Shown one piece after another: positions 27,480-37,661 of a stretch of DNA of 50,909 bases. Positions within the stretch are counted from its first letter, which is position 1, and every line of letters starts with the position of its first letter. The stretch comes from Bacteroidales bacterium (GTDB taxonomy: Bacteria; Bacteroidota; Bacteroidia; Bacteroidales; UBA1715): assembly GCA_016285445.1 (NCBI GenBank), contig JAEEQV010000001.1:1-50909 (forward strand). The letters run 5' to 3'. Made by a program: the position numbers and the translations under genes. The notes beneath the pieces were generated by a model that searched no databases, was not told the origin of the DNA, and worked only from the letters and a program-made list of their open reading frames with translations.

Positions 27480-29243
27480 ATGAGACAATTTTTCAGAGTT
27501 TTTTTCGCCACGGCATTGGGAGCAATATTAGGCGTTGTCATTATCATATTTTTGATAGTAGGAATTTTTGTTGCTTCGGCGTCAAAAAGTATCTCGTCAA
27601 CCAAGTATGAGAAAGAAAACGTTTTGCTACTTCGTAACGTCGTTACCGTCGGTGAAATTTCCACACCCGAAACGCCCTCATTCCTGTCAACAGTCGATTC
27701 TGAATCGGAATTGGGGCTGGTCGATATGATTCGCACGCTGGAAACAGCCGCCGATGACGAAAAAATTTCGGGTATCGTTTTGGACGATGTCGTACTGAAT
27801 GCGGGCTACGCAACTATATGGGAATTAGCTGATGCTCTCCAAAACTTTAAGGAATCGGGGAAATTCGTGGTTGGCCATTTCAATACGCTTTCGCAAAAAA
27901 CGTATTTGCTTGCTTCGGTGTGCGACGAAATTTCAATGAACGCCGAAGGTATGGCAGAATTTCACGGAATCTCTTCTACCTCAATTCATTATAAAAACCT
28001 TCTTGAAAAAATTGGTTTGAAACCTGTGATGATTCGCTGCGGAAAATATAAAAGTTACGTGGAATCGGTTACGGAAAATAAGATGAGCGAAGCAAACAAG
28101 GAACAAAAACAAGCATATATCAATGCTATATGGAAAACATATTGTGCTGCGATACAAAAATATAGAGAAGTGAACGGTTCGCAACTGAACTCATTTGCCG
28201 ACAGCGTGTTGGTGTGCTTGCCAACTGAACTGCGTGCATTCGGCTTCATCGACAAGATTCAGCATGCCGACGAGTTTTGGAACTCCGTGAAAACTCGTAT
28301 GAACATTGATTTGAATAAATCGGTTCCAACCGTTTCTTTTCGTGCATATATGGATGATTGCGCGGAACAAGAGGCTGCAGACACCTCGTTTGCTCGCAAT
28401 ATTGCGGTCGTGATAGCCCAAGGTTCCATAGATATGGGCAAATCCGATGAGGAATCCATTGGAAGCGAGACATACGCTTCGTTGTTCAAGAAGATTCGCA
28501 AGGATTCAACGGTAAAATCGGTCATTTTCCGCATCAATTCGGGTGGTGGCTCGGCATTGGCCTCGGAACTGATTTGGCGTGAAGTTGCCCTGACGGCACA
28601 AGAAAAACCTGTTATTGTTTCAATGGGCGACATGGCGGCTTCGGGAGCATATTATATAGCGGCTCCGGGGGCAAAAATCATTGCTTCGCCAATGTCGTTG
28701 ACTGGCTCAATCGGCGTGTTCGGTCTGTCGATGACGGCAAATGGACTGCTGAATAAAATCGGTGTCAACGTGGATAAAGTCAATACGCACCCGCATTCCG
28801 ACTTTGGCAACGTTTCTCGCGATATTGACGCCGTGGAAATGCGCGCCATTGAAAAATCAATCGACAAAACGTATCTGACCTTCAAACAACGTGTTTCGGA
28901 GGGAAGAAACTTATCGGTAGATTTTGTTGAGGAAATTGCGCAAGGTCGCGTATGGAGCGGTGTTGACGGCTTACGAATAGGCTTGGTTGACACACTTGGC
29001 GGATTGAATGCCGCCTTGCAGGAAGCAATTCGTTTGGCAAAAATTTCAGATGAACAGGAATTTGGCATTCAAGTATATCCAAAACCAAAAACGTTGTTCG
29101 ACGTTGTGACGGAAAAACTTGACTTCCAGTCGTCGTTTGTCGATAAATTGGTACAAGACGAGGAACTCAAGACCTTGCTGAAAAACGTGCCGATGAAATC
29201 GGGTGTCTATACGCAGATACAAGAAAGTATGACTATAGAATAA
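27480..29243 (+). CDS. sppA: signal peptide peptidase SppA, 67K type
   Basis: 587 aa with an N-terminal TM segment and two S49 domains (INSGGGSALASE, MAASGAYYIA, GSIGVFG). Confidence 0.93.
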   Translation: MRQFFRVFFATALGAILGVVIIIFLIVGIFVASASKSISSTKYEKENVLLLRNVVTVGEISTPETPSFLSTVDSESELGLVDMIRTLETAADDEKISGIVLDDVVLNAGYATIWELADALQNFKESGKFVVGHFNTLSQKTYLLASVCDEISMNAEGMAEFHGISSTSIHYKNLLEKIGLKPVMIRCGKYKSYVESVTENKMSEANKEQKQAYINAIWKTYCAAIQKYREVNGSQLNSFADSVLVCLPTELRAFGFIDKIQHADEFWNSVKTRMNIDLNKSVPTVSFRAYMDDCAEQEAADTSFARNIAVVIAQGSIDMGKSDEESIGSETYASLFKKIRKDSTVKSVIFRINSGGGSALASELIWREVALTAQEKPVIVSMGDMAASGAYYIAAPGAKIIASPMSLTGSIGVFGLSMTANGLLNKIGVNVDKVNTHPHSDFGNVSRDIDAVEMRAIEKSIDKTYLTFKQRVSEGRNLSVDFVEEIAQGRVWSGVDGLRIGLVDTLGGLNAALQEAIRLAKISDEQEFGIQVYPKPKTLFDVVTEKLDFQSSFVDKLVQDEELKTLLKNVPMKSGVYTQIQESMTIE

Positions 29244-30262
29244 TGCGGTACGTAAAGTATATATTATTCCCGTTTTCTTTGCTTTACTGGCTGTTCACGT
29301 ATTGCAGGAATCTTTGTTTTGACAAAGGAATCTTGAAGCAGACGGAGTTCGACATTCCCGTAATTTCGGTTGGAAACATTACCGTGGGTGGTACGGGCAA
29401 AACTCCTCACGTTCAGTATATTATACAACTTCTTAACGGAATGAAGGTCGCTTCGTTGAGCAGAGGTTACAAACGAAAATCAAAAGGATTTGTGCTGGCA
29501 AACGCCGAGACAACTGTGTCGGAGTTGGGCGACGAGCCATTTCTGTTGCACCGACGATTTCACGACTTGCATGTTGCCGTTTGCGAAAAACGTGTCGAGG
29601 GTGCTCAGAAACTATTGGAACAGGTTCCTTCATTGAAAACAATCGTGCTGGACGATGCATTCCAACATCGCTACATAAAACCAGGTCTGCAAATTTTGCT
29701 GATTGATTACAATCGCCCGTTGTGGCACGACCACGTTTTCCCCGTCGGTTTTCTGCGTGAAGGTAAGTATGCCGTTTCCCGTGCCGATGTGGTGATAATC
29801 ACCAAATGCCCCGAAACATTGTCGAAAAACGAGGTTGAAACGTATAAGAAACGATTAGGCCTGACTCGTCAGAAATTGTTCTTTTCAACGATGGAATATG
29901 GTTCCGTGTATGAATTCAGCACAAAACAATTGTATGACAATCAGGATTTTTTCACGCAACACAACGTGTGTCTCGTCACTGGTATTGCCGAGCCAAAACC
30001 GCTGGAACAATATGCGGAATCGTTTGGTAATCAAGTTAAAACGAAGTCGTACCCCGACCATTATTCTTATTCCGAAACTGATGTAAAAGAATTGTCGGCA
30101 TTATCGTCTGACTATAAGATAGTTACAACCGAAAAAGACGTGTATAAGTTGGCTGAGATTCTCCCACAAACAAAAATATTTGTCATTCCTATTATGCCGA
30201 GGATTTTGTTTGGAAAACAAGAGGAATTTAATGCTGAAATTCGTCGATTTACGAGTGAATAA
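29243..30262 (+). CDS. lpxK: tetraacyldisaccharide 4'-kinase
   Basis: 339 aa with VISVGNITVGGTGKTP and SRGYKRK. Overlaps the sppA stop by 1 nt. Confidence 0.93.
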   Translation: MRYVKYILFPFSLLYWLFTYCRNLCFDKGILKQTEFDIPVISVGNITVGGTGKTPHVQYIIQLLNGMKVASLSRGYKRKSKGFVLANAETTVSELGDEPFLLHRRFHDLHVAVCEKRVEGAQKLLEQVPSLKTIVLDDAFQHRYIKPGLQILLIDYNRPLWHDHVFPVGFLREGKYAVSRADVVIITKCPETLSKNEVETYKKRLGLTRQKLFFSTMEYGSVYEFSTKQLYDNQDFFTQHNVCLVTGIAEPKPLEQYAESFGNQVKTKSYPDHYSYSETDVKELSALSSDYKIVTTEKDVYKLAEILPQTKIFVIPIMPRILFGKQEEFNAEIRRFTSE

Positions 30263-30276
30263 TCATTGTTGAAAGT

Positions 30277-30861
30277 ATGCCAATTTACGTAGAACAGCAT
30301 CCCTTGCAGCCATTTTTGCCGAAGAAAGCAACTGTTTTGTTTCTCGGAAGTTTTCCTCCGCCTCGTAAACGGTGGTCAATGGAGTTTTTCTATCCGAATA
30401 TTCAAAACGATATGTGGAGAATTTGGGGGCTGATATTTTTCAATAATCCGAATTATTTTGTGTTGCCGTCTGTGAAAAAATTTGATTATCAGAAAATTGT
30501 TGATTTTTGTAATCTCTATGGATTGGCGTTTTACGACACGGCTTCTGCGGTTAAACGGTTACAAGAGAATGCATCCGACAAATATTTAGAGGTTGTGCAA
30601 CCAACTGATATTGAGGCATTGCTTTCGCAAATCCCATGTTGCCAGGCTATTGTTACAACTGGCGAAAAAGCGACTGACGTAATCGTCTCTGTCTATAATT
30701 GTGCTAAACCCAAAGTTGGAACAAGTGAAAAAATACAAATAGGTACGCAATGGTTTGATTTCTATCGAATGCCTTCATCTTCAAGGGCTTACCCGTTGGC
30801 GTTGGACAAAAAAGCAGAGTCATACCGGCTTCTTGTCCCGTATTTTCATTTTGACCATTGA
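30277..30861 (+). CDS. uracil-DNA glycosylase superfamily protein
   Basis: 194 aa. LFLGSFPP near the N-terminus and SSSRAYP near the C-terminus resemble UDG-superfamily motifs. The family assignment is from memory only. Confidence 0.6.
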   Translation: MPIYVEQHPLQPFLPKKATVLFLGSFPPPRKRWSMEFFYPNIQNDMWRIWGLIFFNNPNYFVLPSVKKFDYQKIVDFCNLYGLAFYDTASAVKRLQENASDKYLEVVQPTDIEALLSQIPCCQAIVTTGEKATDVIVSVYNCAKPKVGTSEKIQIGTQWFDFYRMPSSSRAYPLALDKKAESYRLLVPYFHFDH

Positions 30862-30879
30862 TGTTTTCTGCGAAATCGT

Positions 30880-30887
30880 TATTTTTG
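30880..30887 (+). promoter_or_regulatory. -7 box TATTTTTG
   Basis: TAnnTTTG, 13 nt upstream of the rdgB ATG at 30900. Confidence 0.4.
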
Positions 30888-30899
30888 TAAAAAAATGCT

Positions 30900-31475
30900 A
30901 TGGAACTTGTATTTGCATCGAATAACAGACATAAACTAGAAGAGATTTCGAAGATAATCGGAAGTAATTATTCTATTCTCAATCTAAAACAAGCAGGTTG
31001 TGAGGGTGAAATACCAGAAACGGGCAACACATTGACAGAAAATGCGTTACAAAAAGCTCACTGGGTATATGACAAAACGGGGAAAAATTGTTTTGCTGAC
31101 GACACAGGTCTTGAAATAGATGCGTTGGACGGGGCCCCAGGTGTATATACAGCTCGTTTTGCCGGCGATGACTGCACTCCCGAAGATAACATCCAAAAAA
31201 CGTTACGATTGATGAAAGGGATGGAAAATCGTCGGGCATGCTTCAAAACGGTGATTGCTTGTATAATTGACGGGAAGGAATACTTGTTCCATGGTGAAAT
31301 AGAAGGTGAGATTGCCACAGAAAAAATGGGAGATGGTGGTTTTGGCTACGATCCGATTTTTTTACCCAAAGGATATAAGGAGTCTTTTGCCCAAATGCCC
31401 CTTGAACAAAAAAATGCAATGAGTCACAGAGGTCGTGCAACGGCAAAGTTTGCTAGCTTTTTAGCAAAATTATAG
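30900..31475 (+). CDS. rdgB: non-canonical purine NTP pyrophosphatase (RdgB/HAM1)
   Basis: 191 aa with FASNNRHKLEE, ADDTGLEIDAL, GFGYDPIF and SHRG. Confidence 0.93.
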   Translation: MELVFASNNRHKLEEISKIIGSNYSILNLKQAGCEGEIPETGNTLTENALQKAHWVYDKTGKNCFADDTGLEIDALDGAPGVYTARFAGDDCTPEDNIQKTLRLMKGMENRRACFKTVIACIIDGKEYLFHGEIEGEIATEKMGDGGFGYDPIFLPKGYKESFAQMPLEQKNAMSHRGRATAKFASFLAKL

Positions 31476-31546
31476 AAATTATTGTCTGAGGTTTTTCAAG
31501 GTCATAGTTAGGATGAGTTTCAATTTTTTATTCTCATTTTTTTTCA

Positions 31547-31554
31547 TATCTTTG
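31547..31554 (+). promoter_or_regulatory. -7 box TATCTTTG
   Basis: TAnnTTTG, 22 nt upstream of the pyrE ATG at 31576. Confidence 0.45.
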
Positions 31555-31575
31555 CAAAGATTAATGTAAAAAATT

Positions 31576-32211
31576 ATGGCTAACAACATTGAAAGTACTA
31601 TCATTGACAACTTGTTACAAATCAAGGCAATAAAATTACAACCCGAAAATCCTTTTACGTGGGCAAGTGGTTGGAAATCACCTATTTATTGCGACAATAG
31701 AAAAACGCTTTCGTACCCTCACGTGCGCGAATGTCTGAAACAGGCGTTTGCTGAGAAAATCAAGGCTCAATATCCTGATGTTGAGGTAATTGCAGGTGTG
31801 GCAACGGGAGCAATCGCTGTTGGCGTGCTTGTGGCAGAAGCGTTGAATCTTCCGTTCATTTACGTTCGTTCTGCTTCAAAGGACCACGGCCTTGGCAATC
31901 AGATTGAGGGCTATTACGAAGAGGGTCAGAAAGTTGTGGTTATTGAGGATTTGATTTCAACAGGTGGAAGCAGTCTGAAGGCAGTTGAGGCGTTGCGTGC
32001 CGCAAACATCAATGTTCTTGGTATGTTGGCAATTTTCACATATCAATTCAATGTTTCCGTTGAGGCTTTTGCCAATGCAAAATGTAAGGTCGATACGCTC
32101 ACGAATTACACGGCTCTTGTGGAATTGGCAACAGAAAGAAATTATATCACGCCGGCTCAAATGGAGAGTTTGAAAGACTGGCGTCAACATCCCGATACGT
32201 GGGGAAAATAA
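31576..32211 (+). CDS. pyrE: orotate phosphoribosyltransferase
   Basis: 211 aa with the PRPP-binding motif VVVIEDLISTGGSS. Confidence 0.95.
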   Translation: MANNIESTIIDNLLQIKAIKLQPENPFTWASGWKSPIYCDNRKTLSYPHVRECLKQAFAEKIKAQYPDVEVIAGVATGAIAVGVLVAEALNLPFIYVRSASKDHGLGNQIEGYYEEGQKVVVIEDLISTGGSSLKAVEALRAANINVLGMLAIFTYQFNVSVEAFANAKCKVDTLTNYTALVELATERNYITPAQMESLKDWRQHPDTWGK

Positions 32212-32217
32212 CATACC

Positions 32218-32931
32218 ATGTCGATTTCGGTAAAAAATATAGTTAAGACGTACGGAACACAACGCGCAGTCGATGGCATTTCGTTTGAAATCCCGTCGGG
32301 CGAGATTGTTGGTTTCATCGGTCCTAACGGTGCCGGCAAATCGACCACGATGAAAATCATCACGGGTTTCCTTTCTGACTTTGAAGGCGAAGTACTTGTG
32401 AACGGCATCGATGTCCGTCAGAATCCGATTGAGGTGAAGAAAAACATTGGTTATCTGCCTGAACATAATCCCTTGTATCTTGAAATGTATGTCAAGGAAT
32501 ATCTGATGTTCGTTGCTAAAATTTATGGTTTAAATAAGAATACTGAAGGAATTGTAAATGATATTATTAAACGTGTCGGTTTAGAGAAAGAGATTCATAA
32601 AAAAATCTCTATGCTCTCGAAAGGCTATCGGCAGCGTGTGGGACTGGCTGCGGTGCTTGTCCACGACCCTAAAGTATTGGTTTTGGACGAGCCGACTACA
32701 GGACTGGACCCCAATCAGTTAATTGAAATCAGAAGTTTGATTGAGGCAGAGGGAAAGTCAAAGACTATAATGCTCTCAACGCATATTATGCAGGAGGTCG
32801 AGGCGATTTGTGACCGCGTGATAATCATCAACAACGGTCGCATTGTTGCTAACGACACTGCCGAAAATATTAAGAAAGACAGATCATTAGAAGAAGTTTT
32901 CCACGAATTGACACAATCTCAGGGCGAATGA
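32218..32931 (+). CDS. ABC transporter ATP-binding protein, GldA-like
   Basis: Walker A GPNGAGKST, signature LSKGYRQR, Walker B LVLDEPTTGLD. No cognate permease gene is adjacent. Confidence 0.85.
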   Translation: MSISVKNIVKTYGTQRAVDGISFEIPSGEIVGFIGPNGAGKSTTMKIITGFLSDFEGEVLVNGIDVRQNPIEVKKNIGYLPEHNPLYLEMYVKEYLMFVAKIYGLNKNTEGIVNDIIKRVGLEKEIHKKISMLSKGYRQRVGLAAVLVHDPKVLVLDEPTTGLDPNQLIEIRSLIEAEGKSKTIMLSTHIMQEVEAICDRVIIINNGRIVANDTAENIKKDRSLEEVFHELTQSQGE

Positions 32932-34472
32932 AGAAAATTACGACATACATAGCGACTCTCTTGATGTGTGCAGGTTTGCAGGCACAAGAGCAAATCGCAC
33001 TTAATGTGTCGATGCCCGATGCCAGCGATTTTGTGGATTCCAACGCAATAATTAGAAATTACAACACGCAACTCGACAGTCTGGTCAATTTGTGGTACGT
33101 GCAGCAAGCTGGTGGAATAAGTTTTTCGGAGCATTCCAAGAAACACTACGACAGCACGTATGTCCCAAAGTTTTCCAACAAGGAATACAAACACCGAATT
33201 GAGAATATGAATTCTGTCGTGAAAATCACGTACAACAATCGTGTGCAGTCGTATATCGACGTGTATGCGAACAAACGTCGCAATTCGGTTTGCTCAATGC
33301 TTGGTATGGCGGAATATTATTTCCCGATTTTTGAAGATATTTTTGAGCAGTACGATGTCCCACAAGAACTGAAATACCTTGCCATTATTGAGTCTGCACT
33401 GAATCCTAAGGCAAAATCGCCTGCTGGTGCTCGGGGAATTTGGCAATTTATGCCGTCAACGGGGAAAAATTACAAGTTGACAATCAACACCTACCTTGAC
33501 GAACGTTGTGATCCGATAAAATCTACGCACGCTGCGGCAAAATATCTCAAGGATTTGTATAACATTTTTGACGACTGGATTCTTGCGATTGCGGCGTATA
33601 ACTGCGGACCGGGAAACATCAAGAAAGCAATTGCCCGTTCTGGCGGAAAGACCGACTATTGGGAGATGTATGATTATTTGCCAAAAGAGACACGTGGTTA
33701 CGTGCCGGCGTACATTGCCGCCTTTTATGTATTCGAAAACCACGAATTGCATAATTTGTATCCTCGGAAAGTCACTATGCCAAAAACCGACACGTTAATC
33801 ATATCTAAAAAATTGCATTTCAAACAAATAGCAGAGGTACTTCAAGTTTCAGTTAAAGAAATAGAAGATTTGAATCCTCAGTATAAGGCCGACATGGTTC
33901 CATTCAGTGAAGAGGGTAGTCCGCTCTATCTTCCAATCGACTTGGTTTCACCATTCCTTCGTCTGCAAGATTCCATTTATGCGTATAAAGATTCTCTCTA
34001 TTTGAACTTACAACCTGAACAAGTGATAGCCACAAATTCGCCGAAAGTCTCTAACTCCGCATCAACAGCGGGTAAGACGAAGATATACTACACGGTGAGA
34101 CAAGGTGATACATATTCGAAAATCGGAAGCAAATACGGCGTTTCCGCAGCAACGGTGAAGTCTTGGAACCATAAGACGAGCAATATGTTGCATATAGGAG
34201 ATAAACTCGTCATATATGTTGCTCCTACGGGTAAGGGGAATTCTGCGCCTAAATCAACGGTAGCACCGAAAAACACGACGGCAAGCACGTCTTCTACGGC
34301 AAAAAATACTCCGACAAAAACGGCCTCTTCACAAAATATTCATACTGTAAAATCGGGCGATACGCTATGGAGTATTTCCCACGCATACGGTACGACGGTA
34401 GAGAACATCAAGAGTTTGAACGGCTTGACGTCGTCAAAACTCTCGGTCGGAATGAATTTAAGAATACAATAA
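32928..34472 (+). CDS. lytic transglycosylase (MltD-like) with two C-terminal LysM domains
   Basis: It has a signal peptide, the SLT motif ESALNPKAKSPAGARGIWQFMPSTG, AYNCGPGN, and two LysM repeats (YTVRQGDTYSKIG..., HTVKSGDTLWSIS...). Confidence 0.9.
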   Translation: MKKITTYIATLLMCAGLQAQEQIALNVSMPDASDFVDSNAIIRNYNTQLDSLVNLWYVQQAGGISFSEHSKKHYDSTYVPKFSNKEYKHRIENMNSVVKITYNNRVQSYIDVYANKRRNSVCSMLGMAEYYFPIFEDIFEQYDVPQELKYLAIIESALNPKAKSPAGARGIWQFMPSTGKNYKLTINTYLDERCDPIKSTHAAAKYLKDLYNIFDDWILAIAAYNCGPGNIKKAIARSGGKTDYWEMYDYLPKETRGYVPAYIAAFYVFENHELHNLYPRKVTMPKTDTLIISKKLHFKQIAEVLQVSVKEIEDLNPQYKADMVPFSEEGSPLYLPIDLVSPFLRLQDSIYAYKDSLYLNLQPEQVIATNSPKVSNSASTAGKTKIYYTVRQGDTYSKIGSKYGVSAATVKSWNHKTSNMLHIGDKLVIYVAPTGKGNSAPKSTVAPKNTTASTSSTAKNTPTKTASSQNIHTVKSGDTLWSISHAYGTTVENIKSLNGLTSSKLSVGMNLRIQ

Positions 34473-34473
34473 T

Positions 34474-36321
34474 ATGTGTGGTATTGCTGGATATTACTCA
34501 GTACATAACGTATTCTTTCCCAAAGAATTAGAACAAGTTGGAGAAAGTATTTCTTCAAGAGGTCCCGAACATCAGGGAACCTTCTCTGACGATTACGTCG
34601 GTCTCGTTCATAGACGACTGAAAATCATTGACTTGTCGGATGACTCCAACCAACCAATGTTTTCAGATGACGGAAGATATGTCATCGTCTATAATGGTGA
34701 AACCTACAATTATGATGAAATCCGACGGGAGCAGCAAATCCCCGTAAAAACGTCATCGGATACCGAAATCGTGTTGAAGACATTGATTTCCAACGGGATT
34801 GAGGCGTTGGAATATTTCAATGGAATGTTTGCCATTGCCTTGTATGACACGCTGGAGAAAAAACTGCTCGTCATTCGTGATAGAATGGGCGTGAAGCCGT
34901 TGTATTACTATTGGGATGGACATAATTTCGCATTCGCGTCTGAAATTAAAGCATTGCTTCAATTAAGTTTTATAAATCAAAATAAATCTTTAGATTATAC
35001 TGCGCTAAATACATTCCTTCATTTAGGGTATTCGGGAACTGAACTCACGTTTTACAAAAACATATTCAAGGTGCCCGCCGGCTCATATATAGAGGTGACT
35101 GCTTCGGGAATGGAGATTCATTCGTATTGGTCAACCTACAGCGTCGTGCAAAACGAGACAGTCGATGACTTGTATTCTGCCAAAGAAATTTTGCGTGACT
35201 TGGTTGAGCAGTCCATTCGCTATCGCCTAAAAAGCGATGTCCCTTATGGAACTTTTTTAAGTGGAGGCATCGATTCTTCGCTGGTTACGGCTGTTGCCCA
35301 GCGAAATCTTTCCACAAAATTGAATACTTTCACTATCGCGTTTGCCGAAAACAAATACGACGAAAGTCAGTATGCAAAGAAAGTGGCCGATTATTTATCT
35401 ACGAATCACACCGAGATGACGGTGACGCAGAAAGAGGCGGCACAGCTTATCCCCACAATTTTAGACACGTTCGACGAACCATTTGCCGATTCGTCGGCCA
35501 TTCCTACCATGTTAGTCTCGAAACTCGCTAAGACCAAGGCAACCATGATTTTGTCTGGCGACGGTGGCGACGAACTATTTATGGGCTATGGAGCATATCA
35601 TTGGGCAAAACGATTGGAAAATAACAAATTACAATTGTTTAGAAAACCAATCTATCTCGCTTCAAAACTTGGTAACTCTCGTATAAAGAGGGCAGGAACT
35701 GTTTTGAATTATCCCGACGAAAAGCAAATCCCTTCACATATATTTTCGCAAGAACAATATCTGTTTTCCCGAAACGAAATAAGTTCGCTTTTGCTACCCG
35801 ACGTGAGAGGGGATATAATTCTGAATGAATTTCCTCAAGTAGCCAGAACGTTGTCGGCAAGCGAAAACCAGGCGTTGTTCGACATCAATTATTATTTACG
35901 TGAAGATTTGCTTACAAAAGTTGATCGGGCGTCAATGAAATATTCCCTTGAAGTCCGTGTGCCACTTCTTGATTTCAATATTGTGGAATTTGCTCTCAAC
36001 CTCAACGAAAATCTCAAGATTCACAATGGGACGTCAAAATATCTGCTCAGACAAGTTCTTTACGAATACGTGCCTTCCGAATTATTTGACAGACCAAAAT
36101 GGGGGTTTTCAATTCCTCTTTGTGAATGGTTACACAAAGATTTACATTATCTTATTGATGATTATTTAAACGAAAACTTAATCATAAAAACCAACGTGTT
36201 CAACCCCAAAGTTGTTCGTTCACTAGTCAGGAAATTTGAGAATGGCAGGAACGATTATCTGTATAATCGTCTATGGCAAATTATTCTCGTTCAAAAATTC
36301 TTGGAGGAGAAATTACGGTAA
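34474..36321 (+). CDS. asnB: asparagine synthase (glutamine-hydrolysing)
   Basis: 615 aa with the MCGIAGY N-terminal nucleophile and the SGGIDSS PP-loop. Confidence 0.93.
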   Translation: MCGIAGYYSVHNVFFPKELEQVGESISSRGPEHQGTFSDDYVGLVHRRLKIIDLSDDSNQPMFSDDGRYVIVYNGETYNYDEIRREQQIPVKTSSDTEIVLKTLISNGIEALEYFNGMFAIALYDTLEKKLLVIRDRMGVKPLYYYWDGHNFAFASEIKALLQLSFINQNKSLDYTALNTFLHLGYSGTELTFYKNIFKVPAGSYIEVTASGMEIHSYWSTYSVVQNETVDDLYSAKEILRDLVEQSIRYRLKSDVPYGTFLSGGIDSSLVTAVAQRNLSTKLNTFTIAFAENKYDESQYAKKVADYLSTNHTEMTVTQKEAAQLIPTILDTFDEPFADSSAIPTMLVSKLAKTKATMILSGDGGDELFMGYGAYHWAKRLENNKLQLFRKPIYLASKLGNSRIKRAGTVLNYPDEKQIPSHIFSQEQYLFSRNEISSLLLPDVRGDIILNEFPQVARTLSASENQALFDINYYLREDLLTKVDRASMKYSLEVRVPLLDFNIVEFALNLNENLKIHNGTSKYLLRQVLYEYVPSELFDRPKWGFSIPLCEWLHKDLHYLIDDYLNENLIIKTNVFNPKVVRSLVRKFENGRNDYLYNRLWQIILVQKFLEEKLR

Positions 36322-36551
36322 GATTATTAAGGTTGACTAAACTTTCAAGATTCGCGCTGCTAAATCAGTCTTTCTTGTCTTATTTACCGTATTATCCCAC
36401 CTCAAATTGTGAGGTTACATTTTCTTATTAGGAAACCTTTGAAACCAATCATGTGCGAATAATACGATTTGATTTCTCGCTTTTCTATTCGTATTTTTCC
36501 GAAACGTGGCATAAATTTCTCAAAATCTTACATATAGATTAAAACTTTTTC

Positions 36552-36559
36552 TAAATTTG
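36552..36559 (+). promoter_or_regulatory. -7 box TAAATTTG
   Basis: TAnnTTTG, 24 nt upstream of the ATG at 36583. Confidence 0.4.
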
Positions 36560-36582
36560 TGGCAATCGTAAAAAAATGTTTT

Positions 36583-37308
36583 ATGCCATACAGAAGACTT
36601 CCAAATACTGATGCGGCTCGGTTGAGAGCGTTGCAAACAGCAATAGAGAAAAGTAAAAATGTGCCTCGTAACGAGTGTGCTATTTCGTATCAAACACTTT
36701 TAGAGGCAAAATTTTTTATCAATACTCTCCGTTACGGAATCGAGCAAAGTCGTTCCAACTATAGCCAGTCGGTCAAGAAAGGGGCTAATTTGGCTCAAAT
36801 GCAACGACGTACAAAAATGTACATTTCTCATTTCATCCAAGTTCTGAATATGGCTATTCTCCGTGGTGAAATGAAAGCGTCCATACGTGAATTTTATGGT
36901 CTGAAAGGGAAAAAACTTCCTCCTTTGGAAACGATGGAAGACGTATTGGAATGGGGAAAGAAAATAATCGACGGCGAACAGGACAGAATAGCACATGGTG
37001 GCGCGAATATGACCAATCCGCATATTTCAATGGTAAAAATTGAATACAACAAGTTCGCTGCCGCAGCTCGCACGCAGGAAATCCGACAATCAACCGACAA
37101 AAGAACGGCGGAATATATTGGAGACCTAAGAAAACAAGGCGACGATATTATTCTCAAAGTGTGGAACGAGGTCGAAAATCACTTTGCCGACTTGGATCCA
37201 GAAAAACGGCGCGAAATTTGTAGTGAATATGGAATATCGTATGTTTGGAGAAAATCTGAATTGCAACAAAAAGAAGATTCATCCGTATCAAACGAAAATA
37301 ATATGTGA
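36583..37308 (+). CDS. hypothetical protein, predicted helical, no recognised domain
   Basis: 241-aa ORF (MPYRRLPNTDAARLRALQTAIEK...). The ORF-track start at 36559 is GTG, so I used the ATG just after the -7 box. Its end is tightly packed against the next gene (2-nt gap). Confidence 0.65.
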   Translation: MPYRRLPNTDAARLRALQTAIEKSKNVPRNECAISYQTLLEAKFFINTLRYGIEQSRSNYSQSVKKGANLAQMQRRTKMYISHFIQVLNMAILRGEMKASIREFYGLKGKKLPPLETMEDVLEWGKKIIDGEQDRIAHGGANMTNPHISMVKIEYNKFAAAARTQEIRQSTDKRTAEYIGDLRKQGDDIILKVWNEVENHFADLDPEKRREICSEYGISYVWRKSELQQKEDSSVSNENNM

Positions 37309-37310
37309 TT

Positions 37311-37658
37311 ATGAAAAAATTAATTTTTAGTCTTTGTGCCATCTTGCTTGTTTTAAGCGGTTGCGACAAGAAAAATAAATTCGACGAAGCAGATTTGGTT
37401 GGCCGTTGGAAAAGCGGAACGCTTTGGGAAAAATATTCTTCCTCGGGAACGGGTGCTACATGGGACACCGCCGACGAGGTTGATGAGGAAGAGGCTCAAT
37501 CTTTTACGTGGGAACTCGATGGTGAAATTCTCACACAATACCATCAAATGGAGGGTAGTAGTGGCGTTGTCCCAAGACAAGTAACTATTAAGACTCTAAC
37601 GGCTTCTTCGTTAGTTTACACAAAAAACGGTAAAACTTATACCTTTACAAAACAATAA
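37311..37658 (+). CDS. small lipoprotein (lipocalin-like LVGRW motif)
   Basis: The signal peptide carries a lipobox (MKKLIFSLCAILLVLSGC). The ORF-track start is GTG, so I used the ATG at 37311. Confidence 0.7.
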   Translation: MKKLIFSLCAILLVLSGCDKKNKFDEADLVGRWKSGTLWEKYSSSGTGATWDTADEVDEEEAQSFTWELDGEILTQYHQMEGSSGVVPRQVTIKTLTASSLVYTKNGKTYTFTKQ

Positions 37659-37661
37659 TTT